DNA from: Lachnospiraceae bacterium
Lineage (GTDB): Bacteria; Bacillota; Clostridia; Lachnospirales; Lachnospiraceae
Direction of reading: 5' to 3'
Length of the DNA: 64,000 nucleotides
Assembly (NCBI GenBank): GCA_017550535.1
Contig: JAFZOS010000042.1
Span: 50,248-114,247 of the forward strand
Below are positions 29,894 through 39,945 of the stretch, in pieces (position 1 is the stretch's first letter; every line of letters starts with the position of its first letter). Below the pieces are notes generated by a model. The model had not been told where the DNA came from, searched no databases, and worked only from the letters and a program-made list of their open reading frames with translations. The position numbers were made by a program, and so were the translations under genes.

Positions 29894-30544
29894 TTAACGG
29901 TTTTTCAGCAGTCCCACCGCTCGGGATGTGCCTATCCTGTCACATCCTTCGTCAAGGTATTGCTCCATGTCCTCAATTGCAGTGATCCCGCCGGCGGCTT
30001 TTATCTTAACATCCGGACCGATGTTTTCCTTAAAGAGCCTGACATCTTCGTGCGTTGCACCGGCTGTTCCGAAGCCCGTGGATGTTTTGATGTAGTCGGC
30101 TTTTGCATCTGTAACGATGCCGCACAGGCGGACCTTTTCATCATCGGTGAGATAGCAGGTTTCGATGATGACCTTAAGGACTTTTCCGCCGCAAGCTTCC
30201 CTTACTGCTTTTATTTCGGCTGCCACCTTGTCAAAGTCACCGTTTTTTACATCACAGATATTTATGACCATATCGATCTCACCCGCGCCGTCCGCAATGG
30301 CCTGCTTCGTTTCGCATACCTTGGCCGCCGTTTCGCAGTAGCCTAACGGGAACCCGATGACGGTGCATATGTTTATCTTATCTCCGAACGTGTCGTGTAT
30401 CCTTTTTATGTAACAGGGAGGAATGCACACGGATGCGGTTTCGTATTCTATCGCATCCCGGCAAAGCTCATCGATCTGAGCCCATGTGCAGTCGGGCTTG
30501 AGCAGTGTATGGTCGACGTGTGACAGCAATTCCTTTTCGTTCAT
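29894..30544 (-). CDS. deoC: Deoxyribose-phosphate aldolase
   Basis: 216 aa with IDHTLLKP, VCIPP, VIGFPLG and the Schiff-base Lys context ADYIKTSTGF. Confidence 0.94.
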   Translation of the reverse strand: MNEKELLSHVDHTLLKPDCTWAQIDELCRDAIEYETASVCIPPCYIKRIHDTFGDKINICTVIGFPLGYCETAAKVCETKQAIADGAGEIDMVINICDVKNGDFDKVAAEIKAVREACGGKVLKVIIETCYLTDDEKVRLCGIVTDAKADYIKTSTGFGTAGATHEDVRLFKENIGPDVKIKAAGGITAIEDMEQYLDEGCDRIGTSRAVGLLKNR

Positions 30545-30689
30545 ATGTAATCCCTTTCAGAGCGCCGCAAAGTATCGGCGGAGAAACATTAAGTGTGATC
30601 AGAGTGGCAGTTATATTATAGCACAGTCGGAGCGCGGATGAAACGTAAAATATGTGGCGAAACCACACTGTTTGGTGTATAATGCACAT

Positions 30690-31649
30690 ATGTGTTCAAT
30701 GCGATATCTTATTCTCGTACTAAAGGATTATTCCTATCCGTTTCTTGACCGGATGCTTAAGGATGTAAGGCGTACCGGTACAGAGGTTATACCGTTTCTT
30801 GTAAGTGAAGGAAGGATGATCGCGGAAGACGGATCGGGGGACGGTGATGCCCTGATAGACGGGATGCTTTTCGCAGACAGGAGGGAGCAGTCGTTTATCG
30901 TTACCGACTGTGCCGAAGGAACAGATGCCGCCATGAGAAACAGTATCGGGTTTGTTTTTATGGAAGGGGCGGCAGAAAGGGACGCATCGGATACGGGGGT
31001 TTCGGATGAGGAATATCCGGATGTTTCGTCGGCTCAGTGCATAATACAGGGCTTCGATGAGGTTGATGCGGGTTTTCTTATAAAAATGTATGAACGCTTC
31101 CACCATCTTCCATGGACGATACTTGAAACGGACAGGCTTATACTGCGTGAGATGACGGTCGATGATGTAGACAGGCTGTATGAGATATACTCGGGGCCCG
31201 GTATTACCGAGTTTACCGAACCTTTGTATGAAGAAAGGCAGCAGGAGATACAGTATACGAAGGACTACATACGGAATATGTATGAGTTCTGCGGATACGG
31301 GTTATGGCTCGTTATCGAAAAGGATGGCGATGAAGCAGGACGCATCGTGGGAAGGGCGGGCATTACCGGCCGTGAAGGTTACGATGAGGCCGAACTCGGT
31401 TACGTTATCGAGGCATCGCGCCAGCGCAGGGGGTATGCGTCCGAAGCCTGCAGGGCGATAATCGGATATGCCAGGGATACGCTTGATATGAGCGGGCTTA
31501 ATTGTTTTGTTTATCCCGAAAACGAAGCCTCCCTTAAGTTATGTAAACTGCTTGGGTTTGAATATATTGAGGATGTACTGATATCCGGAAGGAATATGAA
31601 CAGGTATCATCTGGATCTTTCATTGTCGGATAAAGGAGACAATACATGA
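30690..31649 (+). CDS. Two-domain protein: unknown N-terminal domain + RimJ/RimL-type GNAT N-acetyltransferase
   Basis: The C-terminal half is [21 protein letters not shown]...[25 protein letters not shown]. The start is uncertain. The ATG at 30690 sits 7 nt after a TATAAT (30678..30683) with no SD, so the transcript may be leaderless. Confidence 0.7.
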   Translation: MCSMRYLILVLKDYSYPFLDRMLKDVRRTGTEVIPFLVSEGRMIAEDGSGDGDALIDGMLFADRREQSFIVTDCAEGTDAAMRNSIGFVFMEGAAERDASDTGVSDEEYPDVSSAQCIIQGFDEVDAGFLIKMYERFHHLPWTILETDRLILREMTVDDVDRLYEIYSGPGITEFTEPLYEERQQEIQYTKDYIRNMYEFCGYGLWLVIEKDGDEAGRIVGRAGITGREGYDEAELGYVIEASRQRRGYASEACRAIIGYARDTLDMSGLNCFVYPENEASLKLCKLLGFEYIEDVLISGRNMNRYHLDLSLSDKGDNT

Positions 31650-33121
31650 ATGCAGCATTTGCCGCATTGAAAAAATGCCGTGATATATGTTCCATGTACG
31701 GCGGTGAAGTGAATAAAAAGGATAAAGATGCGCTGTATGAAATGTTCAGGGATGAAGCACTTAACCTGGCATTTTTCCTTGCGCGGAGCGACGGCGCGAT
31801 GTCCGAGCCCGAGATCATGACCATAAATGTCATGTTCCAGATACTTGTGGATGAGGATATCCTTAAGAAAAACTTCGGAGACGATCTGATCGGTGAGGAC
31901 AGCATCTTAAGGCATGTACCCAAAAGCCTGCAGATAATCGCCCATGCCGAGAAGGATGCGAACATGGGCGGTAAATGCTATCTTGTGAGCGCCAGGGAAA
32001 TAGTCGACACGTTTGAGCTTATAGGAAACCTTGTCATCAATTGTGACTGCATGCGGCTTCAGTATCCGGTCATGCTGTTAAAACACTTTTCAAATCTATG
32101 TGTACAGTATATAGGACACATTGAGGAAAATGATGAGCTGATCGACGGCGATATAAAATATAAAACCGAGGAAATGGATGGCTTTGCAAAGTCCGGCCGA
32201 ACCGGCTCATCGGGAGCACCGGAACGTGATAACAGCCTTAAGACGCTTCGCGAACAGGTCGAACTTGAAAACGAAACATTATTTGCGAGGGAGAGTCACG
32301 AAAACAAAAAGGATGTAAGGGAGATACTGGCGGAGGTTGATTCTTTGATAGGTCTTCGCTCGGTAAAGAAAGAAGTCCATGATATGGTCAACCTCATGAT
32401 GGTACAGAAGCTGCGTGAACAGCGCGGGCTTAAGGCTACCGAGATATCATGGCACATGGTATTTACCGGAAATCCGGGGACCGGAAAAACAACTATCGCC
32501 CGTGAGATAGCACAGGCATATTCTTCGCTTGGGATACTTGCAAAGGGGCATCTTGTCGAGACCGACCGTTCGGGGCTTGTTGCGGGATATATGGGACAGA
32601 CGGCGCAGAAGGTGCATGAGGTTGTGGAGTCCGCTCTTGACGGTGTGCTGTTCATTGACGAAGCGTATACTCTGGTCAGCGACAGAGAGGGGGATTACGG
32701 ACAGGAGGCCATTGATACTCTCCTTAAGCTTATGGAAGACAACCGTGACAGGCTGGTGGTTGTTGTGGCCGGATATCCCGACCTTATGGAAAGGTTCATA
32801 AGTTCGAACCCGGGACTTAAATCCCGTTTCAATAAATATGTTTATTTCGAGGACTATAATGACGAGGAGCTTACCGAGATATTCCTTCAGCGGTGCAGGG
32901 AGCAGGATTATTCGGTCAGTGAGCAGCTCCGTCCTTATATAATGAACCGTATCTCGCAGCTGCGCTATTACGAAGGGGAAAATTTCGGTAATGCGCGCTC
33001 CGTACGCAACTACTTTGAACAGGTCATCTCAAATCAGGCCAACCGCCTCGTATACGAGATAAACGAGGAAAATGAGAGCGCGAGCAGCGTACTCATGGAG
33101 ATCACAGCCGAGGACCTGTAA
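31646..33121 (+). CDS. CbxX/CfxQ/SpoVK-type AAA+ ATPase with N-terminal TerB-like helical domain
   Basis: Walker [10 protein letters not shown], Walker [11 protein letters not shown], then [21 protein letters not shown]. The N-terminal ~170 aa include [17 protein letters not shown] overlap with the GNAT gene. Confidence 0.85.
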   Translation: MNAAFAALKKCRDICSMYGGEVNKKDKDALYEMFRDEALNLAFFLARSDGAMSEPEIMTINVMFQILVDEDILKKNFGDDLIGEDSILRHVPKSLQIIAHAEKDANMGGKCYLVSAREIVDTFELIGNLVINCDCMRLQYPVMLLKHFSNLCVQYIGHIEENDELIDGDIKYKTEEMDGFAKSGRTGSSGAPERDNSLKTLREQVELENETLFARESHENKKDVREILAEVDSLIGLRSVKKEVHDMVNLMMVQKLREQRGLKATEISWHMVFTGNPGTGKTTIAREIAQAYSSLGILAKGHLVETDRSGLVAGYMGQTAQKVHEVVESALDGVLFIDEAYTLVSDREGDYGQEAIDTLLKLMEDNRDRLVVVVAGYPDLMERFISSNPGLKSRFNKYVYFEDYNDEELTEIFLQRCREQDYSVSEQLRPYIMNRISQLRYYEGENFGNARSVRNYFEQVISNQANRLVYEINEENESASSVLMEITAEDL

Positions 33122-33140
33122 TGAGAAAAAATAATAATTA

Positions 33141-33167
33141 TTAGCACTCACGCTTGACGAGTGCTAA
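33141..33167. promoter_or_regulatory. CIRCE operator (HrcA binding site), perfect consensus
   Basis: TTAGCACTC-acgcttgac-GAGTGCTAA is identical to the TTAGCACTC-N9-GAGTGCTAA consensus. It lies 73 nt upstream of the clpB ATG. Confidence 0.9.
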
Positions 33168-33182
33168 CAGATGTGCTATAAC
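33154..33182 (+). promoter_or_regulatory. Sigma-A-type promoter of clpB, embedded in CIRCE
   Basis: TTGACG (33154..33159) - 17 nt - TGcTATAAC (-10 at 33177..33182). The -35 lies in the CIRCE spacer/right arm. Confidence 0.6.
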
Positions 33183-33239
33183 ATGATCAGGAGGTCGTAT
33201 GACTTCCTGATCTCTGTTTTTTTGAGGGAGGTGAATATT

Positions 33240-35819
33240 ATGGATATCAACTTATTTACGCAGAAAAGCAGCGAGGCATTAAAAGACATCGAGCAGATCG
33301 CGATGGAAAACGGCAACCAGGAGATGGTCGAGGCACATCTTCTGTATGCATTGCTTAAACAGGAGGATGGGCTTATCCCCAAGATGATCGAGAAGATGGA
33401 GATAAACCTTCCGTATTTTACGAATGCCGTTCAAAAGATCATAGACGCCCGGCCGAAGGTACAGGGGGGCAAACGCTACTGGAGCCAGGCTCTTAATGAT
33501 GCTGTGCTGTCAGCCGAAAAGGAGCTTAAACTCTTCGGGGATGAATATGTGTCGGTTGAACACCTTATGCTTTCACTTATCGCGCATCCTGACAGGGAAT
33601 TGAAAGACCTGTTTAAGGAGTTTGGTATAACCAGGGAACGTTTCCTTCAGGCACTGCAGGCAGTCCGGGGTAACCAGCGGGTAAGCAGCGACAATCCCGA
33701 AGCCACTTACGATACCCTGGAAAAGTACGGTATCGAGCTTGTCGGCAAAGCAAGGGAACAGCAGATGGATCCCGTTATCGGGAGGGATGATGAGATAAGG
33801 AACGTTATAAGGATCCTTTCAAGGAAGACGAAAAACAATCCTGTGCTCATCGGCGAACCGGGCGTCGGAAAGACTGCGGTCGTTGAGGGACTGGCGCAGC
33901 GTATCGCGCAGGGTGATGTACCCGAGAACCTTAAGGATAAAAAGATATTCTCGCTTGATATGGGAGCCCTGGTTGCGGGCGCGAAGTACAGGGGTGAGTT
34001 TGAGGAACGTTTAAAAGCGGTTCTCGAGGATGTAAGGCAGTCTGACGGTGAGATAATTCTGTTCATCGATGAACTCCACCTGATAGTCGGAGCCGGGAAG
34101 ACGGACGGCGCGATGGATGCAGGGAATATGTTAAAGCCCATGCTTGCGAGGGGTGAGCTTCACTGCATAGGTGCGACTACGCTTGATGAATACCGCCAGT
34201 ATATAGAAAAGGATGCCGCACTTGAGAGGAGGTTCCAGCCTGTTACCGTGGATGAACCTTCCGTTGAAGAGACCATATCCATCTTAAGAGGACTTAAGGA
34301 GAGGTATGAGAATTTCCATAAAGTAAAGATAACGGATTCGGCCCTTGTATCGGCTGCCAACCTGTCCCACAGGTACATATCTGACAGGTTCCTGCCGGAT
34401 AAGGCTATAGATCTTGTGGACGAGGCATGCGCCCTCATAAAGACGGAGCTTAATTCGATGCCGACCGAGCTTGATGAACTGAACCGTAAAGTAACCCAGC
34501 TCAAGATAGAGTCAGAGGCGCTCAAAAAGGAAAATGACCGATTGAGTCAAGAAAGGCTGGAAGCGCTTAACAAGGAACTTGCTGAGAGGACCGAGGAACT
34601 CACAAACCGTATGGCTCAGTGGGAAAATGAAAAGCAGTCGGTAGGTAAGCTGCAGGAACTAAGGCAGCAGATCGAGGATGCCGGGAACGAGCTTGCCATA
34701 GCACAGCGGGATGGTGATTACACGAGAGCAGGCGAGCTGCAGTATGATATAATCCCGCGGCTTCGCCATACACTGGAAGCCGAAGAAGGAAAAGCAAAGG
34801 GCGACGGCACGCTGCTGCACGAAGTCGTATCCGAGGAGGAGATAGCGAACATCATTTCACGATGGACGGGGATCCCGGTTGCAAAGCTTACCGAATCCGA
34901 GCGTTCAAAGACTCTGCATCTTGACGAGGAACTCCATAAACGCGTGATAGGCCAGGACGAGGCCGTCACCAAAGTTTCGGAGGCTATCATAAGGAGCAGG
35001 GCGGGCATAAAGGATCCCGGCAAGCCGATAGGATCGTTTTTGTTCCTCGGTCCTACGGGTGTCGGTAAGACAGAGCTTGCAAAGACATTGGCGCGCAGTC
35101 TGTTTGACGATGAAAACAATATGGTCAGGATCGATATGTCGGAATACATGGAAAAGTATTCGGTATCACGGCTTATAGGAGCGCCTCCCGGATATGTGGG
35201 ATACGAGGAGGGCGGACAGCTTACCGAAGCGGTAAGGCGCAAGCCCTATTCGGTAGTCCTGTTCGATGAGGTTGAAAAGGCCCATCCCGATGTGTTCAAT
35301 GTACTGCTCCAGGTGCTCGATGACGGGCGGATAACCGATTCTCAGGGCAGGACCGTGGATTTTAAGAATACGATACTTATAATGACGAGCAATATCGGCT
35401 CGGAGTATCTGCTTGACGGGATAGGTTCCGACGGCAGTATAAAGCCTGAAGCCGGGGAACTTGTGATGAATGATCTGCGGGCGCATTTCAGGCCCGAGTT
35501 TTTAAACCGCCTCGATGAGATGATAATGTTCAAGCCTTTGACGAAGGACGATATCGGAAGCATAGTAGGCCTGCTGGTAGCAGATCTTAATATGCGCCTT
35601 GCCGATAAAAACCTTACCGTGAAATTAAGCGATGATGCGAAGGCTTACATTATCGAAGGAGGATACGATCCGGTATACGGTGCAAGGCCGCTTAGGCGTT
35701 ACCTGCAGAAAACGGTTGAGACTTTAAGCGCAAAACTTATCTTAAGCGGTAATGTGGGAGACGGCGGAAGTATTCTTATCGATGTTAAAGACGGCGAACT
35801 GACGGCGAATGCGGGATGA
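33240..35819 (+). CDS. clpB: ATP-dependent chaperone/disaggregase ClpB
   Basis: Clp N-domain, two AAA modules (GEPGVGKTA; GPTGVGKTE) and a long coiled-coil middle domain. ATG at 33240 ([10 protein letters not shown]) follows GAGGGAGGTG. The track ORF start at 33171 overlaps the promoter. Confidence 0.97.
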   Translation: MDINLFTQKSSEALKDIEQIAMENGNQEMVEAHLLYALLKQEDGLIPKMIEKMEINLPYFTNAVQKIIDARPKVQGGKRYWSQALNDAVLSAEKELKLFGDEYVSVEHLMLSLIAHPDRELKDLFKEFGITRERFLQALQAVRGNQRVSSDNPEATYDTLEKYGIELVGKAREQQMDPVIGRDDEIRNVIRILSRKTKNNPVLIGEPGVGKTAVVEGLAQRIAQGDVPENLKDKKIFSLDMGALVAGAKYRGEFEERLKAVLEDVRQSDGEIILFIDELHLIVGAGKTDGAMDAGNMLKPMLARGELHCIGATTLDEYRQYIEKDAALERRFQPVTVDEPSVEETISILRGLKERYENFHKVKITDSALVSAANLSHRYISDRFLPDKAIDLVDEACALIKTELNSMPTELDELNRKVTQLKIESEALKKENDRLSQERLEALNKELAERTEELTNRMAQWENEKQSVGKLQELRQQIEDAGNELAIAQRDGDYTRAGELQYDIIPRLRHTLEAEEGKAKGDGTLLHEVVSEEEIANIISRWTGIPVAKLTESERSKTLHLDEELHKRVIGQDEAVTKVSEAIIRSRAGIKDPGKPIGSFLFLGPTGVGKTELAKTLARSLFDDENNMVRIDMSEYMEKYSVSRLIGAPPGYVGYEEGGQLTEAVRRKPYSVVLFDEVEKAHPDVFNVLLQVLDDGRITDSQGRTVDFKNTILIMTSNIGSEYLLDGIGSDGSIKPEAGELVMNDLRAHFRPEFLNRLDEMIMFKPLTKDDIGSIVGLLVADLNMRLADKNLTVKLSDDAKAYIIEGGYDPVYGARPLRRYLQKTVETLSAKLILSGNVGDGGSILIDVKDGELTANAG

Positions 35820-35830
35820 ACCATGTAAGA

Positions 35831-36394
35831 TCATCGGCTCCTTGTTATGAGGCGGGCGAGCAGGGGAGTCATTATAACTGCTATGATCACTCCGGCGGCA
35901 GCCTGCAGAAGGTCATACGGAAGTTCCGATGCGGATGATAGTGCGGCTGATTGGACCACGGCGCGGTTCAGTCGGCCGCTTTCGTATATATGCATAAATA
36001 TCCTGTAAATACCGTATCCCAGGATCATGAATGATTCTCCCGCTGCTCCTGCAACGGATACGTTTATGTATGAATAGCGCTCCGAAATGTGATGCCTTGT
36101 GATCAGCTTATAGCAGATGGATGCCGCGGTCGCGGTAATGGCTTTTATTATAAAGGTGGCCGGAGCCATATGGGAATAGCCGTTTATAAGGTCTGCGAGG
36201 GATGAGCCTGTGCCTGCTGCGATCGAACCGTAAACGGGACCGAACAATATACCGCATGCCAGTACGAATCCGTCCCCGAGATTAACGTAACCGCCGCCCG
36301 GGGTCGGGAGCTTTATCACCATGGTCGCTATACATGTCAGTGTTGCCAGCAACAGTACGCTGACCTTCTTTTCCGAACTTGTTAACCTGTCCAT
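35831..36394 (-). CDS. ECF transporter S component (substrate unknown)
   Basis: About 187 aa with 5-6 TMs (KLPTPGGGYVNLGDGFVLACGILFGPVYG). I chose the ATG at 36394. The track's TTG start at 36463 coincides with the -35 TTGACG of a TTGACG-18-TATACT promoter. Confidence 0.65.
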   Translation of the reverse strand: MDRLTSSEKKVSVLLLATLTCIATMVIKLPTPGGGYVNLGDGFVLACGILFGPVYGSIAAGTGSSLADLINGYSHMAPATFIIKAITATAASICYKLITRHHISERYSYINVSVAGAAGESFMILGYGIYRIFMHIYESGRLNRAVVQSAALSSASELPYDLLQAAAGVIIAVIMTPLLARLITRSR

Positions 36395-36538
36395 AAACCG
36401 TATCCGATCTATAAATTTATGCGCGGCTTTTATAGTATATCCTTGTTTTGTATTTTTCGTCAATTACCCCTTATTTACCCTTATATAAATCTGTAAAAAA
36501 AGGACGTTATATGGTATACTGTAATGCGAGGTGTTTTT

Positions 36539-37834
36539 ATGAAACTTGTGCATATCAAACAGATCAAAGGCTCCAGGAGCCTATATGGTACGTTTTTGTA
36601 TATCACACTCCTGCCTCTTGTTTTATTCGGAGTGATCCTCATGATATACAGTTCGATCACGCTTACCCGAAATATCCAGACCGAGGTCAGCAGTAACCTT
36701 CGGAATGTCTGCGTTGCCGTGCTGGCGGCATACGATGTTTCCTACGAGGGGGACTATAATGTGATGATCGTGGACGGTGTGGTTGAATTCTACAAGGGCG
36801 ATACGTTCTTAAGCAATGATCATACGCTGCTTGATAATATAAAAGAGGATACGGATGTCGATATTTCCATGTTCTTTTATGACACGCGCGTTCTTACGAC
36901 GATCACTGACGGGGATGGGAACAGGTTTATCAACACCGGTGCCAATGCAACCATACTGAATACGGTGGTGGGCAAGAGGACGAGCAGTTTTTACAACAAT
37001 GTCTATATCGGAAACGGCAAGTATTTTGCGTATTATATGCCGATAATCAGTAAGGATGGCCTTACCTGCCTCGGAATGATCGGTGCAGCTACTCCTGCAA
37101 ATGGTGTTGCGTCGATGGTCAGGAGTTCGGTCATAAGGAACATACTCATAATGCTGCTAGCGCTGCTTGTTACGGCATGGGCCATAATGCATTTTACTTC
37201 GGAGATAATTATGATCATCAAAAAGATCATGAAGTTTCTTTCCGAGATATCCGGCGGTGATCTTAATACGGAACTTGATCCCCTTGTCATATCAAGGCAG
37301 GATGAGCTTGGTGAAATGGGAAGGCTGACCAATAAGCTTCGTGCCTCGCTTCGAAAGCTTATTGAGCGGGATGCCTTGACGGGGATATACAACCGCAGGT
37401 ACGGCAGCAAGAAGCTTGCCGATCTTATATCAAAGGGGATCCCGTATTCGGCGGCTATAGGTGATATTGATTTCTTTAAAAAATTCAATGATAAATTCGG
37501 CCATGACTGTGGTGATGCCGTGCTGATCGAGGTTGCCAAGACGCTCAGTGAGCATATGAGGAGTTACGGCTTTGCGGCAAGGTGGGGCGGCGAGGAATTC
37601 CTGCTTGTTTTTGAAAATATAAGCGGAATGTCTGCAACAATAGCCTGTGAGCGTGTATTGGATGCGGTGAGGGAGCGGCTTGTCGAACATGACGGTCAGT
37701 ATCATTCGGTTACCATGTCTTTCGGCGTGACACAGGGCCGTCCCGAGCTTACGCTTGATGAAAATATAAACGCAGCGGACGAACGGCTTTATGAAGCCAA
37801 GGAAAACGGCAGGAACCAGGTAGTGGGAGAATAA
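36539..37834 (+). CDS. Diguanylate cyclase with extracytoplasmic sensor domain and HAMP linker
   Basis: TM, a ~150-aa periplasmic (Cache-like) region, TM and HAMP, followed by LTGIYNRR and the active site RWGGEEFLLVF. ATG at 36539 follows GAGGTG. Confidence 0.87.
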   Translation: MKLVHIKQIKGSRSLYGTFLYITLLPLVLFGVILMIYSSITLTRNIQTEVSSNLRNVCVAVLAAYDVSYEGDYNVMIVDGVVEFYKGDTFLSNDHTLLDNIKEDTDVDISMFFYDTRVLTTITDGDGNRFINTGANATILNTVVGKRTSSFYNNVYIGNGKYFAYYMPIISKDGLTCLGMIGAATPANGVASMVRSSVIRNILIMLLALLVTAWAIMHFTSEIIMIIKKIMKFLSEISGGDLNTELDPLVISRQDELGEMGRLTNKLRASLRKLIERDALTGIYNRRYGSKKLADLISKGIPYSAAIGDIDFFKKFNDKFGHDCGDAVLIEVAKTLSEHMRSYGFAARWGGEEFLLVFENISGMSATIACERVLDAVRERLVEHDGQYHSVTMSFGVTQGRPELTLDENINAADERLYEAKENGRNQVVGE

Positions 37835-37860
37835 ACTGTCATTGCGGCAGGGAAAGGTGT

Positions 37861-39945
37861 ATGTTTATGATCCATCAGCAGCGCGCCATTGTACAGCGGT
37901 GGGAACCGATAGACACGATAGCCGGCTTTAAGGTAAGGCCGGGCCTTTTTGACAGGGTCGGAGCCAATTATATGTCCGGCGGTGTCAGCTTTACCGTTTA
38001 TTCCGTCAATGCAACGGGATGTACTCTGTGCCTTTTCAAGCATCGTTCCGACAAACCGTTTGCACGGCTTAAATATCCTGATAATTACCGCATAGGCAAG
38101 GTGTTTTCGATGTTTGTGTTCGATCTTGACATTGAGGATATTGAATATGCCTATTGCTTTGACGGACCATATGATCCCGAAAAGGGTCTTTTATTTGACA
38201 ACGAGCAGTATATACTTGACCCCTATGCGCACGCGGTGGCGGGTCAGAGTGTGTGGGGTGCAAAGTTTTCGGATGCCAAGTTTTTCAAGGCAAGGGTGGT
38301 GCATAATGATTTTGACTGGGGCGCGGAAGCATCGCCCAACATTAAGATGCAGGACCTTATAATATATGAGCTGCATGTAAGGAATTTTACGATAGATCCG
38401 TCTTCGGGGGTTGAAAACCCGGGAACATTTGACGGTATAAGGGAGAAGATACCGTATCTTAAGGATCTTGGCATAAACTGTGTTGAACTCATGCCGGTTT
38501 TTGAGTTTAATGAGATGCATAACATGCGGGAAGTTGACGGTAAGAAGCTGCTTGAATGCTGGGGCTACAATACCACCTGCTTTTTTGCACCCAATACGGT
38601 ATATGCCCACAGCGACGAATATAATCACGAGGGAAATGAACTTAAGCGTCTGATCAAGGAGCTTCATGATAACGGTATTGAAGTTATTCTGGACGTAGTG
38701 TTCAATCATACCGGCGAAGGTAATGAAAACGGCCCGTTCTTTTCCTTCAAGGGACTTGACAATAATATCTATTACATGCTCACGCCCGATGGCAGGTATT
38801 ATAATTTCAGCGGCTGCGGCAACACGCTCAACTGCAACCATCCGATCGTTCAACATCTTGTGCGTGAGTGTTTAAGGCACTGGACGATAAACTACAGGGT
38901 TGACGGCTTCAGGTTCGACCTTGCGGCGATCCTGGGACGCAACGAGGACGGTACACCCATGAGCCGGCCTCCGCTTATCCAGAGCCTTGCATTCGACCCG
39001 GTTTTGGGCGATATGAAGCTTATTGCAGAGGCGTGGGATGCCGGTGGACTGTATCAGGTGGGAAAATTCCCGTCATGGAACCGTTTTTCCGAATGGAACG
39101 GTATGTACAGGGATGATATGAGGCGTTTCCTGCGTGGTGATGATAACATGGCAGGACTTGCGGCAATAAGGCTTACGGGTTCTCAGGATCTGTATCCCGA
39201 TGATATAGGCAGCAGAAATGCTTCGGTTAATTTCCTGTCCTGTCACGACGGTTTTACCCTTTATGATCTTTATTCATATAATAAGAAACATAATGAGGCA
39301 AACGGCTGGGATAATACTGACGGAGCGAATGATAACTACAGCTGGAACTGCGGAGCGGAGGGGAAAAGCGATGACCCCGAGATAAGGAAACTCAGGCACC
39401 GCATGGTCATGAATGCGATAGTTGCTTTGATGATGAGCAGGGGCACGCCCATGTTCTATGCCGGAGATGAGTTCGGTAATTCGCAGTTTGGGAACAATAA
39501 TGCTTACTGTCAGGATAACGAAGTGTCATGGCTTAACTGGAACGACCTGTCCAATAACAGGGACATTTATGAAATGTTCAGGTTTATGATAGCGTTCAGG
39601 AATAAACATGCAGTGATAAGGCGCAACCAGTCAAAGTCCTCATATAATATTCCAAAGGTAAGTACCCACGGATATACTGCGTGGATGGATGAATATTCAT
39701 GGGAAAGCAAACAGGTCGGAGTCATGTATGCCGGCAAGGTGAACGGCAGGGATGATATAGTGTATGCATGTTTTAATTCGTATTGGGAGCCTATAGAGAT
39801 AACTGTTCCGGATATACCGGGAAGGGACAAATGGGATCTGGTTGTTGATACGTATGCGTATCCGGTGATCAAAAGACACAGGCTTACATCGCGGAAGTAT
39901 ACCATGGGCCCAAGGAGCGCAATAGTATTGGAGTTCAAATCATGA
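37861..39945 (+). CDS. glgX: Glycogen debranching enzyme (GH13, isoamylase/GlgX type)
   Basis: N-terminal CBM48-like region. GH13 motifs VILDVVFNHT, GFRFDLA, AEAWD and FLSCHDG. Confidence 0.9.
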   Translation: MFMIHQQRAIVQRWEPIDTIAGFKVRPGLFDRVGANYMSGGVSFTVYSVNATGCTLCLFKHRSDKPFARLKYPDNYRIGKVFSMFVFDLDIEDIEYAYCFDGPYDPEKGLLFDNEQYILDPYAHAVAGQSVWGAKFSDAKFFKARVVHNDFDWGAEASPNIKMQDLIIYELHVRNFTIDPSSGVENPGTFDGIREKIPYLKDLGINCVELMPVFEFNEMHNMREVDGKKLLECWGYNTTCFFAPNTVYAHSDEYNHEGNELKRLIKELHDNGIEVILDVVFNHTGEGNENGPFFSFKGLDNNIYYMLTPDGRYYNFSGCGNTLNCNHPIVQHLVRECLRHWTINYRVDGFRFDLAAILGRNEDGTPMSRPPLIQSLAFDPVLGDMKLIAEAWDAGGLYQVGKFPSWNRFSEWNGMYRDDMRRFLRGDDNMAGLAAIRLTGSQDLYPDDIGSRNASVNFLSCHDGFTLYDLYSYNKKHNEANGWDNTDGANDNYSWNCGAEGKSDDPEIRKLRHRMVMNAIVALMMSRGTPMFYAGDEFGNSQFGNNNAYCQDNEVSWLNWNDLSNNRDIYEMFRFMIAFRNKHAVIRRNQSKSSYNIPKVSTHGYTAWMDEYSWESKQVGVMYAGKVNGRDDIVYACFNSYWEPIEITVPDIPGRDKWDLVVDTYAYPVIKRHRLTSRKYTMGPRSAIVLEFKS

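Noticed and set aside
33171-33239. N-terminal extension of clpB in the ORF track ([12 protein letters not shown]...)
   Set aside because: The extension overlaps the -10 box and 5' UTR and has no RBS. The ATG at 33240 has GAGGGAGGTG and gives the canonical ClpB N-terminus.
36395-36463. N-terminal extension of the ECF S-component ORF
   Set aside because: Its TTG start is the -35 hexamer (TTGACG) of the gene's own promoter, so the true start must be downstream (ATG 36394).
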